A stretch of DNA of 64,000 nt from an uncultured Rickettsiales bacterium (lineage in GTDB: Bacteria; Pseudomonadota; Alphaproteobacteria; Rickettsiales; SXRF01), in NCBI GenBank assembly GCA_964518725.1, contig CAZFKP010000007.1:8397-72396 (forward strand). The letters run 5' to 3'. The translations under genes were made by a program, and so were the position numbers. Below are positions 45,294-54,571 of the stretch, one piece after another. How positions within the stretch are numbered: the stretch's first letter is position 1; each line of letters begins with the position of its first letter. Under the pieces are notes generated by a model, which made no database searches, had not been told where the DNA came from, and saw only the letters and a list, made by a program, of their open reading frames with translations.

Positions 45294-47210
45294 GGCGCGC
45301 TGCTTTCTATCCCACAAACGCTCCAACGTGGGGGCAATCGCCTTACTCACAACCAGCATCGATCCTTTGGTGGTCAGATGGTTGGTGTCCCACACCAGTA
45401 AATCACCTTCTGGTGTCAAATGGTCGCAATGCTGCCCGCGGCACATGGTATCAAGGACGCTGATGTATTCCAGCCCTGGCCGTGTCACGTGCGATCTAAG
45501 GCGTTTATCTGTCAGGAACAAGCCGGTATTGGTGTGGATCGTGAGATCTTCCGGATTGAACAGCAAATGTTGCAGAAAGGCAAAAGTTGTGGTTCTGGGT
45601 GCCGTCGCTTCCAGTAGATTGCGATCGAAACCAATGCCGGGACCAATAAAGATCAACTGAGTATTCGGCACATGCAGGTGGTCGAGTAGCTCAATGACCG
45701 GCGTGTCATGCTCACCGGTCAGCGACATATAGGTGCCCCACATACCGGACAAGATCACCACATCGAAGACGCCGCGATTTACCAGATCGATAACTTTATC
45801 ATTATTATCAATGCAAAACGGTGTGCCGGGAGTGGATGCCTTGTAAAACGGGGGGCACGATGACGGTGTGATCTGAGTGATCGCCATGGGAAGCTGCTTC
45901 GCCAGCCCGGCAAGCCCATGGTAGTAATGACCCGCGTGACTATCACCCCATAATAATACGTTCAGTTTGGTATCCGAAAATTCGAAACACATTTCAGGAA
46001 TTTCTTCAAAGCGAATTTTGCCGGTCAGGTTGCAAGGGAAGCGGTCGAGAGTGATGCCACGTTCAGCTTGTGGTCGGCTTTCGGGGAAGCGGCTTGGAAT
46101 ACCTTTGGTATGGATTGCATAATAGGCGAAACACAGACAAAGCATCGTCAGCGAAACCAGCAGTAAAAGCATCGCACGGAATGTATGGACGCCGCGCTTG
46201 CGGAAGGGGGTTTCAATCCACTTCCAGCTGACGACCGACAGCAGCAGGCAGACGGCAACATACGCCACGAGCTGGGTAGTATTAAGTGGAGCCTTCGAGA
46301 GATATTTGAAAAACTGCAGGATTGGCCAGTGCCATAAATACAGTGAATAGGAAATTAGTCCGATGCCACGCACGGGCTTGAAGGCCAGCAAGCGATGCAG
46401 CGGCGTAGGACTGTGCCCGATATAAATCAACCATGCCGCCGCCACGCAGGGTGCCAATGCAACAACACCCGGGAACGGGACGGTATCGGAAATAAATACA
46501 ACCGCAGCCGCAATCGCGCCCGCCGCTACCAGAGAGAGAACGGTTGCCGCATAACGGTTCATCTCCAACCGTGGCGCCACCGCGATGATTACACCGAGCA
46601 GCAATTCCCACAAGCGGCTGGGCAGCAGATAAAAAGCCGCCGTCGGATCCGTGCTCAGCAGCCATTGGCTAGTTACCAGCGATGCCGGCAATATCCCCCA
46701 CCACAGAATCGCACGGGCGTAGCGGTGTGCGGCCGTAAGAATAAGCAACAGCGGAAGCGCGATGTAGAATTGCTCTTCGACCGCGAGCGACCATGTATGC
46801 AGCAACGGATTGGCCGAGCTCTGGGCGACAAAATAATTCGTTGCCGACCAGAAATGATGGTTGGCAAAAAATAACAGCGCGCCGGGAACCGATTGAGCCA
46901 CGCGGAGCAAATCATCGGGCGAAAGTAGCAAGTAAGAGCCAAGGCAGGTCACAAGCACGACACTTAACAACGCAGGCAATATCCGGCGGATGCGGCGTTC
47001 GTAGAAATGGCGAAAATCGATGCGCCCAGTTTCGTTCAGCTCGCTCATCAACAAACCGCCAATAAGGAAGCCGGAAATCACAAAGAAAATATCGACGCCG
47101 ATAAAGCCACCGCCAAACCATCCCAGTCCCATGTGATGAAACACAACCACCAGCACAGCCACCGCACGAAGCCCGTCAATATCCCTTCGGTACGTTAAAG
47201 AAACCGACAC
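45231..47210 (-). CDS. Acyltransferase family 3 protein with a C-terminal SGNH-like domain (OafA-type O-acetyltransferase)
   Basis: 659 aa. The N-terminus is RRDIDGLRAVAVLVVVFHH, followed by about 10 TMs and an extracytoplasmic C-terminal domain (VLLWGDSHAGHY). It uses a GTG start. Confidence 0.82.
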   Translation of the reverse strand: MSVSLTYRRDIDGLRAVAVLVVVFHHMGLGWFGGGFIGVDIFFVISGFLIGGLLMSELNETGRIDFRHFYERRIRRILPALLSVVLVTCLGSYLLLSPDDLLRVAQSVPGALLFFANHHFWSATNYFVAQSSANPLLHTWSLAVEEQFYIALPLLLILTAAHRYARAILWWGILPASLVTSQWLLSTDPTAAFYLLPSRLWELLLGVIIAVAPRLEMNRYAATVLSLVAAGAIAAAVVFISDTVPFPGVVALAPCVAAAWLIYIGHSPTPLHRLLAFKPVRGIGLISYSLYLWHWPILQFFKYLSKAPLNTTQLVAYVAVCLLLSVVSWKWIETPFRKRGVHTFRAMLLLLVSLTMLCLCFAYYAIHTKGIPSRFPESRPQAERGITLDRFPCNLTGKIRFEEIPEMCFEFSDTKLNVLLWGDSHAGHYYHGLAGLAKQLPMAITQITPSSCPPFYKASTPGTPFCIDNNDKVIDLVNRGVFDVVILSGMWGTYMSLTGEHDTPVIELLDHLHVPNTQLIFIGPGIGFDRNLLEATAPRTTTFAFLQHLLFNPEDLTIHTNTGLFLTDKRLRSHVTRPGLEYISVLDTMCRGQHCDHLTPEGDLLVWDTNHLTTKGSMLVVSKAIAPTLERLWDRKQRALSRNRDGLRRSIDDARNADR

Positions 47211-47214
47211 AGAA

Positions 47215-47263
47215 CACCCCCCTTAAGCCGCCCACTCCCTTAAGCTTCCTGAAGGGGGGGGTG
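47215..47263 (-). terminator. GC-rich hairpin between glnA and the acyltransferase gene; contains a C8 tract on the minus strand
   Basis: The minus strand reads CACCCCCCCCTT ... AAGGGGGGTG, giving a stem of about 10 bp, a 2-nt bulge and a 27-nt loop. A T-rich stretch, TTCTGTGTCGGTTTCTTT, follows. The 3' arm doubles as the SD-like sequence for the acyltransferase GTG. Confidence 0.35.
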
Positions 47264-47269
47264 ATAGAA

Positions 47270-48685
47270 TTACACTGAATAATACAGCTCGAATTCACCT
47301 GCCGTCGGGGTGTGTTCCCAGCGATAGACGTCGCCCATCTTGAGATCAATGTAGGAATCGATGAAATCATCGGTGAATACATCGCCTTTTTTCAGGAAGG
47401 CACGGTCTTTATCGAGATTCTCAAGCGCTTCACGAAGCGAGCCGCACACGGTCGGAACGTGTTTCAGTTCTTCCGGTGGCAGGTCGTAGAGGTTTTTATC
47501 CATTGCATCGCCAGGATGGATTTTGTTTTCGATGCCATCAAGCCCCGCCATCAGCATCGCCGAGAAAGCGAGGTACGGATTCGCGGTCGGATCAGGGAAG
47601 CGCACTTCAATGCGCTTGCCTTTGGGCGACGCCACATACGGAATACGGATCGACGCCGAGCGGTTGCGCGCTGAGTAAGCGAGCAGTACCGGCGCTTCAA
47701 AGCCAGGAATCAGGCGTTTGTAGCTGTTGGTGGACGCATTGGTGAATGCGTTCAGCGCTTTCGCGTGTTTGATGATGCCGCCGATATAATACAGGCACAT
47801 TTCCGACAGATCTGCGTAGCCATTGCCCGCGAAGAGCGGCTTGCCCGCTTTCCAGATCGACTGGTGGGTGTGCATGCCCGAGCCGTTATCGCCACTGATC
47901 GGCTTCGGCATGAACGTCGCCGTTTTGCCATAGCTGTGCGCGACATTATGCACGACATATTTATATTTCTGCACGTTGTCGGCGGTACCAACAAGAGTGG
48001 AGAACATCACGCCGAGTTCACATTGTGCGGGCGCCACTTCGTGGTGGTGCAGCACAGGCTCAACACCAACCACTTTCAACGTGGAGAGTGTTTCCGAACG
48101 CAAATCAGCCAGCGAATCGACCGGGGCTACCGGGAAGTAGCCACCTTTGGTGGCTGGGCGGTGACCCATATTGCCCGCTGCATAGGCGCGGTCATTGTTG
48201 CAAGGAAGCTCTTCGGATTCGAGCTGGTGGAAGCTGTAGTTGCCGGCGGTTTTGAAACGCACATCATCGAACACAAAATATTCAAGCTCGGGGCCAAAAT
48301 AAGCGGTGTCGCCAATGCCGGTGAAACCGAGATAGGCCTCGGCGCGCTTAGCAATAGAGCGTGGGTCACGGCCATAGGACTGGCCGGTAGCGGGTTCAAT
48401 CACATCGCAGAAAATCACCATGGTCGGCTGGGCAGAAAATGGGTCAATGAAGGCGGTTTTCGCGTCCGGCATCAGGATCATGTCGGATTCATTGATCGAC
48501 TTCCAGCCGGAGATGGACGAGCCGTCGAACATGATGCCATCTTCAAAGCTAGCATCGTTTACTTGTTCAGCCACATAGCAGGTGTGCTGCCATTTGCCTT
48601 TAGGGTCGGTGAAGCGGAAATCGACAAACTGGATGTCGTTTTCCTTGATCATTTTGAACACATCGGCGGGGGATTTGATTGTCAT
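47270..48685 (-). CDS. glnA: Glutamine synthetase type I
   Basis: 471 aa. Motifs seen: [17 protein letters not shown], and the adenylylation-loop region NLYDLP. Confidence 0.95.
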   Translation of the reverse strand: MTIKSPADVFKMIKENDIQFVDFRFTDPKGKWQHTCYVAEQVNDASFEDGIMFDGSSISGWKSINESDMILMPDAKTAFIDPFSAQPTMVIFCDVIEPATGQSYGRDPRSIAKRAEAYLGFTGIGDTAYFGPELEYFVFDDVRFKTAGNYSFHQLESEELPCNNDRAYAAGNMGHRPATKGGYFPVAPVDSLADLRSETLSTLKVVGVEPVLHHHEVAPAQCELGVMFSTLVGTADNVQKYKYVVHNVAHSYGKTATFMPKPISGDNGSGMHTHQSIWKAGKPLFAGNGYADLSEMCLYYIGGIIKHAKALNAFTNASTNSYKRLIPGFEAPVLLAYSARNRSASIRIPYVASPKGKRIEVRFPDPTANPYLAFSAMLMAGLDGIENKIHPGDAMDKNLYDLPPEELKHVPTVCGSLREALENLDKDRAFLKKGDVFTDDFIDSYIDLKMGDVYRWEHTPTAGEFELYYSV

Positions 48686-48787
48686 AAGCTACCTTTCGTA
48701 CTCCCAGATTGGTTATTTTTATTTTTATAAGCGTCGGGCGGATGATTTTTTTATTGAGGGGATTCTTATAGCATTTTGTCACTTCTG

Positions 48788-48803
48788 TGCAAGCGGGAAT
48801 CCT
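48788..48803 (-). promoter_or_regulatory. Weak sigma54-like -24/-12 candidate upstream of glnA
   Basis: The minus strand reads aGGATTCCCGCTTGCA. GG and TTGCA have consensus spacing, but CAC after GG is missing. Confidence 0.25.
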
Positions 48804-48816
48804 GTCGCCGCACCGT

Positions 48817-48841
48817 GTCGTTCCGCCCAGCGCGGAACGAC
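48817..48841. repeat. Perfect 10-bp dyad/hairpin GTCGTTCCGC-ccagc-GCGGAACGAC
   Basis: The inverted repeat was read directly from the sequence. It lies in the glnA upstream region. Confidence 0.6.
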
Positions 48842-48887
48842 GTCATGAGAGGCGAGTAGCGCCGAACCAGCCTTGAGCACGCTTCAT

Positions 48888-48909
48888 GTGCGAGTTAGCA
48901 AACTCGCAC
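48888..48909. repeat. Perfect 9-bp dyad/hairpin GTGCGAGTT-agca-AACTCGCAC
   Basis: The inverted repeat was read directly from the sequence. It lies in the glnA upstream region. Confidence 0.6.
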
Positions 48910-48937
48910 GGAAGCAACGATTGAGAGATAAAAAAAA

Positions 48938-48961
48938 GGCCGCCCGAAGGCGGCCTTTTTT
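48938..48961 (-). terminator. Rho-independent terminator (bidirectional shape) after the pilin-like gene
   Basis: GGCCGCC-cgaa-GGCGGCC is flanked by A8 and T6 runs. Confidence 0.8.
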
Positions 48962-48980
48962 GATTCAACCCAACTTCAAA

Positions 48981-49772
48981 CTAGAAGTTAGAACGCAGGC
49001 GCAGTTGGCAACCTTGGTCGTTACCACTGTTCGTTGTGAAGTTGTAGAGGTTGTTGGCAAGAACGCATTCGCCAGCACCCGCCGCACCCGCAACGTCCTG
49101 ATCACTGAACACACCACCATTAGGCGAATCCATAGCAATCACACCGCCCGACGTTGGAGCGCCGTCATCGACTTTCGAGTCAACCTGAAAGGCTTCCGAA
49201 CCAGTGAGCAGGTCATCGAGTGTATAAGCACCAGAGGAAATGCTGGTCACACCGGTCAGAGCCCAGTAGTTAATGCCTCCGTTGGCACCAACGAGGATGT
49301 AGTTACCACGGCCAAGTTTCGAAATCGGAATCGACGTCCCAAGGAGCGTCGGAGACTGCGCTGCACCGCACGCGGTCGAAGCGTTGAGGCTTTCTGCAAT
49401 CAGGGCAGCCGTCGAAAGGTCATCCCAGAAGCACGAGGTCTCACCACCGAAGGTGCCCGACGTTGCCGCCGAAGATTCGATCAGCGCATCGCCATCGCCG
49501 GTGCCGGTGATCGCGCGGCTTTCAAAGCCGAAGTTGGTGGCATTCAGGAGATCGCCCGGAAGACCGTTATACTTGCTACGGAAGGTGTTCACTGCCGTGG
49601 CGTATTTTTCCATCTGGGATACGGTGGCGCGAATCTCAGCCGCCTTAATCAGATCCTGACCCACCAGAATGCCACCGACGATCAAACCGATGATTACCAG
49701 CACGATCGAAAGCTCGATCAGGGTAAAGCCCAGCTTTGCGGCTGCCCGGTTAAACTTACGCATTTTCTTCAT
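48981..49772 (-). CDS. Type IV pilin-like protein (prepilin-type N-terminal cleavage/methylation domain)
   Basis: 263 aa. The N-terminus is MKKMRKFNRAAAKLG|FTLIELSIVLVIIGLIVGGIL, which is a class III signal peptide with Glu at +5. The C-terminal domain is Gly/Ser/Thr/Ala-rich and contains 4 Cys. Confidence 0.8.
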   Translation of the reverse strand: MKKMRKFNRAAAKLGFTLIELSIVLVIIGLIVGGILVGQDLIKAAEIRATVSQMEKYATAVNTFRSKYNGLPGDLLNATNFGFESRAITGTGDGDALIESSAATSGTFGGETSCFWDDLSTAALIAESLNASTACGAAQSPTLLGTSIPISKLGRGNYILVGANGGINYWALTGVTSISSGAYTLDDLLTGSEAFQVDSKVDDGAPTSGGVIAMDSPNGGVFSDQDVAGAAGAGECVLANNLYNFTTNSGNDQGCQLRLRSNF

Positions 49773-50101
49773 AACTTACTCCCAAGAATTTAAATTTATT
49801 TGCATCCGTTTTTCGTCGCTACGGCACACAATAACCAGATGCCTACACAACTTAGACGAAGACTGCAAGATGTCTTTAGTCGATGCACCGTAGCAATCAA
49901 TTACTAACAAATAGTTAGCGCCACCAGGTTGTTTCATGCAAGCCGGCTGATTTCCTGCGCTTGCACCCAGCACGATCGGCAGCGAACGGACATCCAGCGC
50001 GCAATGGCGATCTAAGGCCGTGTAATTATTGCACTCTACTGTTGTAAGAATGACACAAAATATGGTGGTTTAACCAAAGGGCTCCAACAACCGATCGTGG
50101 G

Positions 50102-50659
50102 CTAACTGGCCTCGGACTCTTCATGTGCCACTGGCGCAGCAGGAAGTTTCAGTTTAGTCACTGCCGCATCAAGGTGTGTCTGGCTGCACAGGCCGAGAAG
50201 CACCGGATCGCGCGGCTTGATATTCGCTGTATTCCAGTGGCTTTTCCCGCGCACCGCCTGAATGGTGTTCTTGGTGGTGCCAACCAGCTTGCCGATCTGG
50301 GCATCACTCATAGTCGGGTAGTATTTCACCAGCCACGCAATTGCGTCGGGCTTCTCGCCACGGCGCGCCACCGGCGTGTAACGCGCACCCTTGGTTTTCT
50401 GGTTGATATATTGTTTTGCCGAACCGGCGAGCTGCAGATGCGCGCTGGCATCCGCTTCGCAACGGGCGATTTCGTCAGCGGTCAGCTGGCTTGCGGCCAG
50501 CGGGTCAACACCTCGCACACCGACCGCCACTTCACCATCGGCAATGCCTTGTACTTCGAGCGGATGCATGCCGCAGAACTCTGCGATCTGCTCAAAATTG
50601 AGTGCCGTGTTTTCAACCAGCCATACGGCGGTTGCTTTGGGCATGAGGGGTAGGTTCAT
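50102..50659 (-). CDS. DUF1013-family protein (TrcR-like)
   Basis: The N-terminus PLMPKATAVWLVENTALNFEQIAEFCGMHPLEVQGIADGEVA matches the conserved alphaproteobacterial DUF1013 signature as I recall it. The ATG at 50659 is preferred. Confidence 0.7.
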   Translation of the reverse strand: MNLPLMPKATAVWLVENTALNFEQIAEFCGMHPLEVQGIADGEVAVGVRGVDPLAASQLTADEIARCEADASAHLQLAGSAKQYINQKTKGARYTPVARRGEKPDAIAWLVKYYPTMSDAQIGKLVGTTKNTIQAVRGKSHWNTANIKPRDPVLLGLCSQTHLDAAVTKLKLPAAPVAHEESEAS

Positions 50660-50755
50660 GGGTCGTGCCTTTTTCAAAAATTGTAAGGGGAAAGCGAGGT
50701 TTTACAGCACTTCTTGCAAGTTGCAAGTGTTTTTCGATTGGTTTATACAAACTCT

Positions 50756-51541
50756 ATGACTTACCAAACAATTCTCACCGAGCTGGTAGACGGCACCATC
50801 GGGCTGATTACCCTCAATCGTCCGGAAAACGCCAATGCGCTGAACAAGCAGATGGGGCTGGAGCTTGCCAGCGCCGTGCAGATGGCCGAAGCAGATAATG
50901 ACATTCTGGCGATTATCCTGACCGGTTCGGGGCAGCGGGCATTCTGCGCCGGCGCCGACCTTAAAGAACGCAGAGGCATGAGCAGGCATGAGTGGCATGA
51001 ACAGCATGAAGCGTTTGAGAAAGCCCGCGACACGGTGCTGCATACGACCAAACCCGTAATCGCGGCGGTCAACGGTGCCGCCATGGGCGGTGGATTCGAG
51101 CTGGCGATGGCCTGCGACTTCATCTACGCCGCGAGCACCGCTCGCTTTGGTTTAACCGAGGCCACGCTCGGCATCATGCCCGGTATGGGCGGTACGCAGT
51201 TCCTGTCCCGCGCCATCGGCACGCGACGCGCTAAAGAAGCCATGTTTCTGGGACAGATATTCACCGCTGAAGATGCTGCCCGTTTTGGGATCGCCAACCG
51301 TATCTGCACGCCGGAGTCATTGCTGCAAAACGTCGTGTCGCTCGGGCTGATGATTGCCGGCAATGCGCCGCTTGCGGTCGCGGCGATCAAGCGCGCCGTC
51401 GACGAGGGCATGGGGCAGCCGCTTGACGTGGCATTACGCACCGAACTGCGGCATTACAACACCCTGCTCGACACCCATGACCGCCATGAAGGCATCAATG
51501 CGTTTAATGAAAAACGTAAACCGCGGTTTACGGGAAGCTGA
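50756..51541 (+). CDS. Enoyl-CoA hydratase/isomerase (crotonase) family protein
   Basis: 261 aa. Motifs seen: ITLNRPENANAL, FCAGADLKE and AAVNGAAMGGGFELAMACD. Confidence 0.88.
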   Translation: MTYQTILTELVDGTIGLITLNRPENANALNKQMGLELASAVQMAEADNDILAIILTGSGQRAFCAGADLKERRGMSRHEWHEQHEAFEKARDTVLHTTKPVIAAVNGAAMGGGFELAMACDFIYAASTARFGLTEATLGIMPGMGGTQFLSRAIGTRRAKEAMFLGQIFTAEDAARFGIANRICTPESLLQNVVSLGLMIAGNAPLAVAAIKRAVDEGMGQPLDVALRTELRHYNTLLDTHDRHEGINAFNEKRKPRFTGS

Positions 51542-51561
51542 TTGCATGGCATAATCCAGAC

Positions 51562-52068
51562 ATGCAGCCTTACGAGCCCATGCCTTTCGTGGTTTCAATT
51601 CCGGCGGTGTTTGATACACCGTGGAAGCGCGATTATATTTTAGGTAAAGCAACCGAATTCTGGGGTACTATGGCGAACTGGCAAGTAGAACGCAAAAATC
51701 CCGATTCACCACCGCTTTCTAGTGAAGTAAAGTCCGTTCTTGTGCAGGGTCTGGTTGATCTGGTTGCCGCAGAGATGGAAACCGAAGATGATGGAATCAA
51801 GAGAATCATCCATCGCTACAGAGGAAACCGGCGGGCTTTCAGGCGAACCGACACGATGCCTTCGGGAATGGCCGAGATATTTACCGCCGCCGCCGCCTCA
51901 TTACTCCATGATCGGATACAGGCGACGGAGCAGCTGCAAGCTTATGCAGACGACAAAGGAGAGGTTGCATACAAGCTGATGGGATCCGTTATTGGTCAGG
52001 CCTTGAATATTGGGATCCAGATAGGCATAAACCGCGAAGTTCCCGAACAGTTCTTCACCACCCGCTAA
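51562..52068 (+). CDS. Hypothetical protein
   Basis: 168 aa. It starts 20 nt after the crotonase gene and is followed by a strong terminator. I recognised no family. Confidence 0.4.
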   Translation: MQPYEPMPFVVSIPAVFDTPWKRDYILGKATEFWGTMANWQVERKNPDSPPLSSEVKSVLVQGLVDLVAAEMETEDDGIKRIIHRYRGNRRAFRRTDTMPSGMAEIFTAAAASLLHDRIQATEQLQAYADDKGEVAYKLMGSVIGQALNIGIQIGINREVPEQFFTTR

Positions 52069-52076
52069 ATAAAAAA

Positions 52077-52097
52077 GGCGCCCGGAGGCGCCTTTTT
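52077..52097. terminator. Bidirectional Rho-independent terminator
   Basis: GGCGCC-cgga-GGCGCC is flanked by A6 and T5 runs. It serves the plus-strand hypothetical gene and the minus-strand csp gene. Confidence 0.8.
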
Positions 52098-52114
52098 GCG
52101 ATTTTCTCTGGCGA

Positions 52115-52321
52115 TCAATCGATGATTTTCAGGTTTACCGCCGAGGTCTTGCCTTTTTCGGTGGCAAGTTCATATTCGATTTTCTGTGCGTCGTTCAGCG
52201 TACGCAGGCCGGCCTTCTGCACGGCGCTCACATGCACGAACACATCGCTTCCGCCGGAATCCGGTTGGATGAAGCCATACCCTTTGGTTGGGTTGAACCA
52301 TTTCACGGTACCAGTAGCCAT
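52115..52321 (-). CDS. cspA: Cold-shock protein CspA family (copy 1)
   Basis: 68 aa, [40 protein letters not shown] lies upstream of the ATG at 52321. Confidence 0.93.
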   Translation of the reverse strand: MATGTVKWFNPTKGYGFIQPDSGGSDVFVHVSAVQKAGLRTLNDAQKIEYELATEKGKTSAVNLKIID

Positions 52322-52453
52322 AAAATTCTCTCCTGTAGATGGCATTTCAGCGCACATCACCATAATGTGAGCCGGAGCATAGTGAGTTGCCCTTGTCAAA
52401 ACGCCATCCTCAGTCAGGCTTTTGGTCGCAAGTCGCCTCAAAACTCGCGGGTG

Positions 52454-52481
52454 ATTTTAGCCAAAAAAAATAATTTGTCAA
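52454..52481 (-). promoter_or_regulatory. Sigma70-type promoter for csp copy 1
   Basis: The minus strand reads TTGACA (52481-52476), then 16 nt, then TAAAAT (52459-52454). This implies a leader of about 125 nt. Confidence 0.55.
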
Positions 52482-52516
52482 AAAAAACACCCCCGTGCGG
52501 AGGCCGCGCGGGGGTG
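52480..52516 (-). terminator. Rho-independent terminator after csp copy 2
   Basis: The minus strand reads CACCCCCG-c-GCGG-cct-CCGC-a-CGGGGGTG, followed by T8. Confidence 0.8.
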
Positions 52517-52548
52517 TCAGTACCGTCGTAAAGGCGTAACGCCGTTAC

Positions 52549-52755
52549 TTATGCAGCGATTTGCAGGTTCACCGCCGAGGTTTTACCTTTTTCAGAAGCC
52601 AGCTCGTAGCTAACTTTCTGGCCGTCGTTCAGCGTACGCAGGCCGGCTTTTTGCACGGCGCTCACGTGTACAAACACGTCAGAACCACCGCTATCCGGTT
52701 GAATGAAGCCGAAACCTTTGGTTGGGTTGAACCATTTAACAGTACCAGTAGCCAT
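52549..52755 (-). CDS. cspA: Cold-shock protein CspA family (copy 2)
   Basis: 68 aa, [41 protein letters not shown] lies upstream of the ATG at 52755. Confidence 0.93.
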   Translation of the reverse strand: MATGTVKWFNPTKGFGFIQPDSGGSDVFVHVSAVQKAGLRTLNDGQKVSYELASEKGKTSAVNLQIAA

Positions 52756-52904
52756 ATGAAATCTCCTTAGATGGCGTGACACCCGGCGCTAACACAGAAC
52801 CGGATGGAGCATGCAGAGTGCTCTTGTATTCAAAATGCCATCGTAAGAAATCAGGGAAATCAAAGCTGGTATTTGTACGCAAGTCGTCTCAAAACTCGGG
52901 GTCA

Positions 52905-52933
52905 GTTCTAGCATAGGCGCGGCCTAGTGTCAA
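52905..52933 (-). promoter_or_regulatory. Sigma70-type promoter candidate for csp copy 2
   Basis: The minus strand reads TTGACA (52933-52928), then 17 nt, then TAGAAC (52910-52905). The -35 element overlaps the stop codon of the upstream SH3 gene. Confidence 0.4.
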
Positions 52934-53412
52934 TCGAACACCTCGGGAAGGTAGACCCCCCACAGATAATGCTTCTGAATCCATGCCTTACGCCCCTCCA
53001 CCTGTATCCGGCACCAGTCGGGGACACACTCATCCAGGGCGCCGATCACCTCTGGCGCCACCTTAAACAGCGGCTTTGAGCCTTCGCTGGCATCAATATG
53101 CATCACATGCGCTTCCGCGCCGGTCACCATGGCATAACGTTTTCCGGAAAGCATGGTGTGGTGCACCCAGCCAGTCGTGCCGTCTTCACTGCGGATTTTG
53201 CGCCAGAGGTCGAACTCGTCCACCACCTCAACCGGCATGTGGGCGCGCTTGAACACCCATTGGATCGGGTAGCGCGTGCCGGGGCCGGTGCGGATATTGG
53301 TTTCATCGGATTTCAGCGAGACAAACCGCGGAATCGGCAGCCCGGACGGATTGTCGGCAAGGGCAGCCCACGAGAGGCTGCATGCGAATAGGAACAGTGC
53401 GATGCGTTGCAT
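52930..53412 (-). CDS. Secreted bacterial SH3-like domain protein (DUF1058-type)
   Basis: 160 aa with a signal peptide. The motif LPIPRFVSLKSDETNIRTGPGTRYPIQWVF...PVEVV.EFD.WRKI...DG..GWVH is present. Confidence 0.65.
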   Translation of the reverse strand: MQRIALFLFACSLSWAALADNPSGLPIPRFVSLKSDETNIRTGPGTRYPIQWVFKRAHMPVEVVDEFDLWRKIRSEDGTTGWVHHTMLSGKRYAMVTGAEAHVMHIDASEGSKPLFKVAPEVIGALDECVPDWCRIQVEGRKAWIQKHYLWGVYLPEVFD

Positions 53413-53480
53413 GGTGCGTCTTTACATCGTATCACCGACAGAATCAACCATCGTCATGCCAGCAGGCGCTAACGCGGCGC

Positions 53481-54536
<1,056 letters not shown>

Positions 54537-54571
54537 TTACAGGCAAAACCCGCTTACGGCAAGAATAAAGC

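Noticed and set aside
48810-48870. A glutamine riboswitch (glnA RNA motif), because of CGTTCC...GGAACG and GAGTAG-like strings near glnA.
   Set aside because: The element is a simple hairpin rather than the three-stem junction in which CGUUC and GGAACG close the whole motif. The best-looking orientation is on the plus strand, opposite to glnA. The similarity is superficial.
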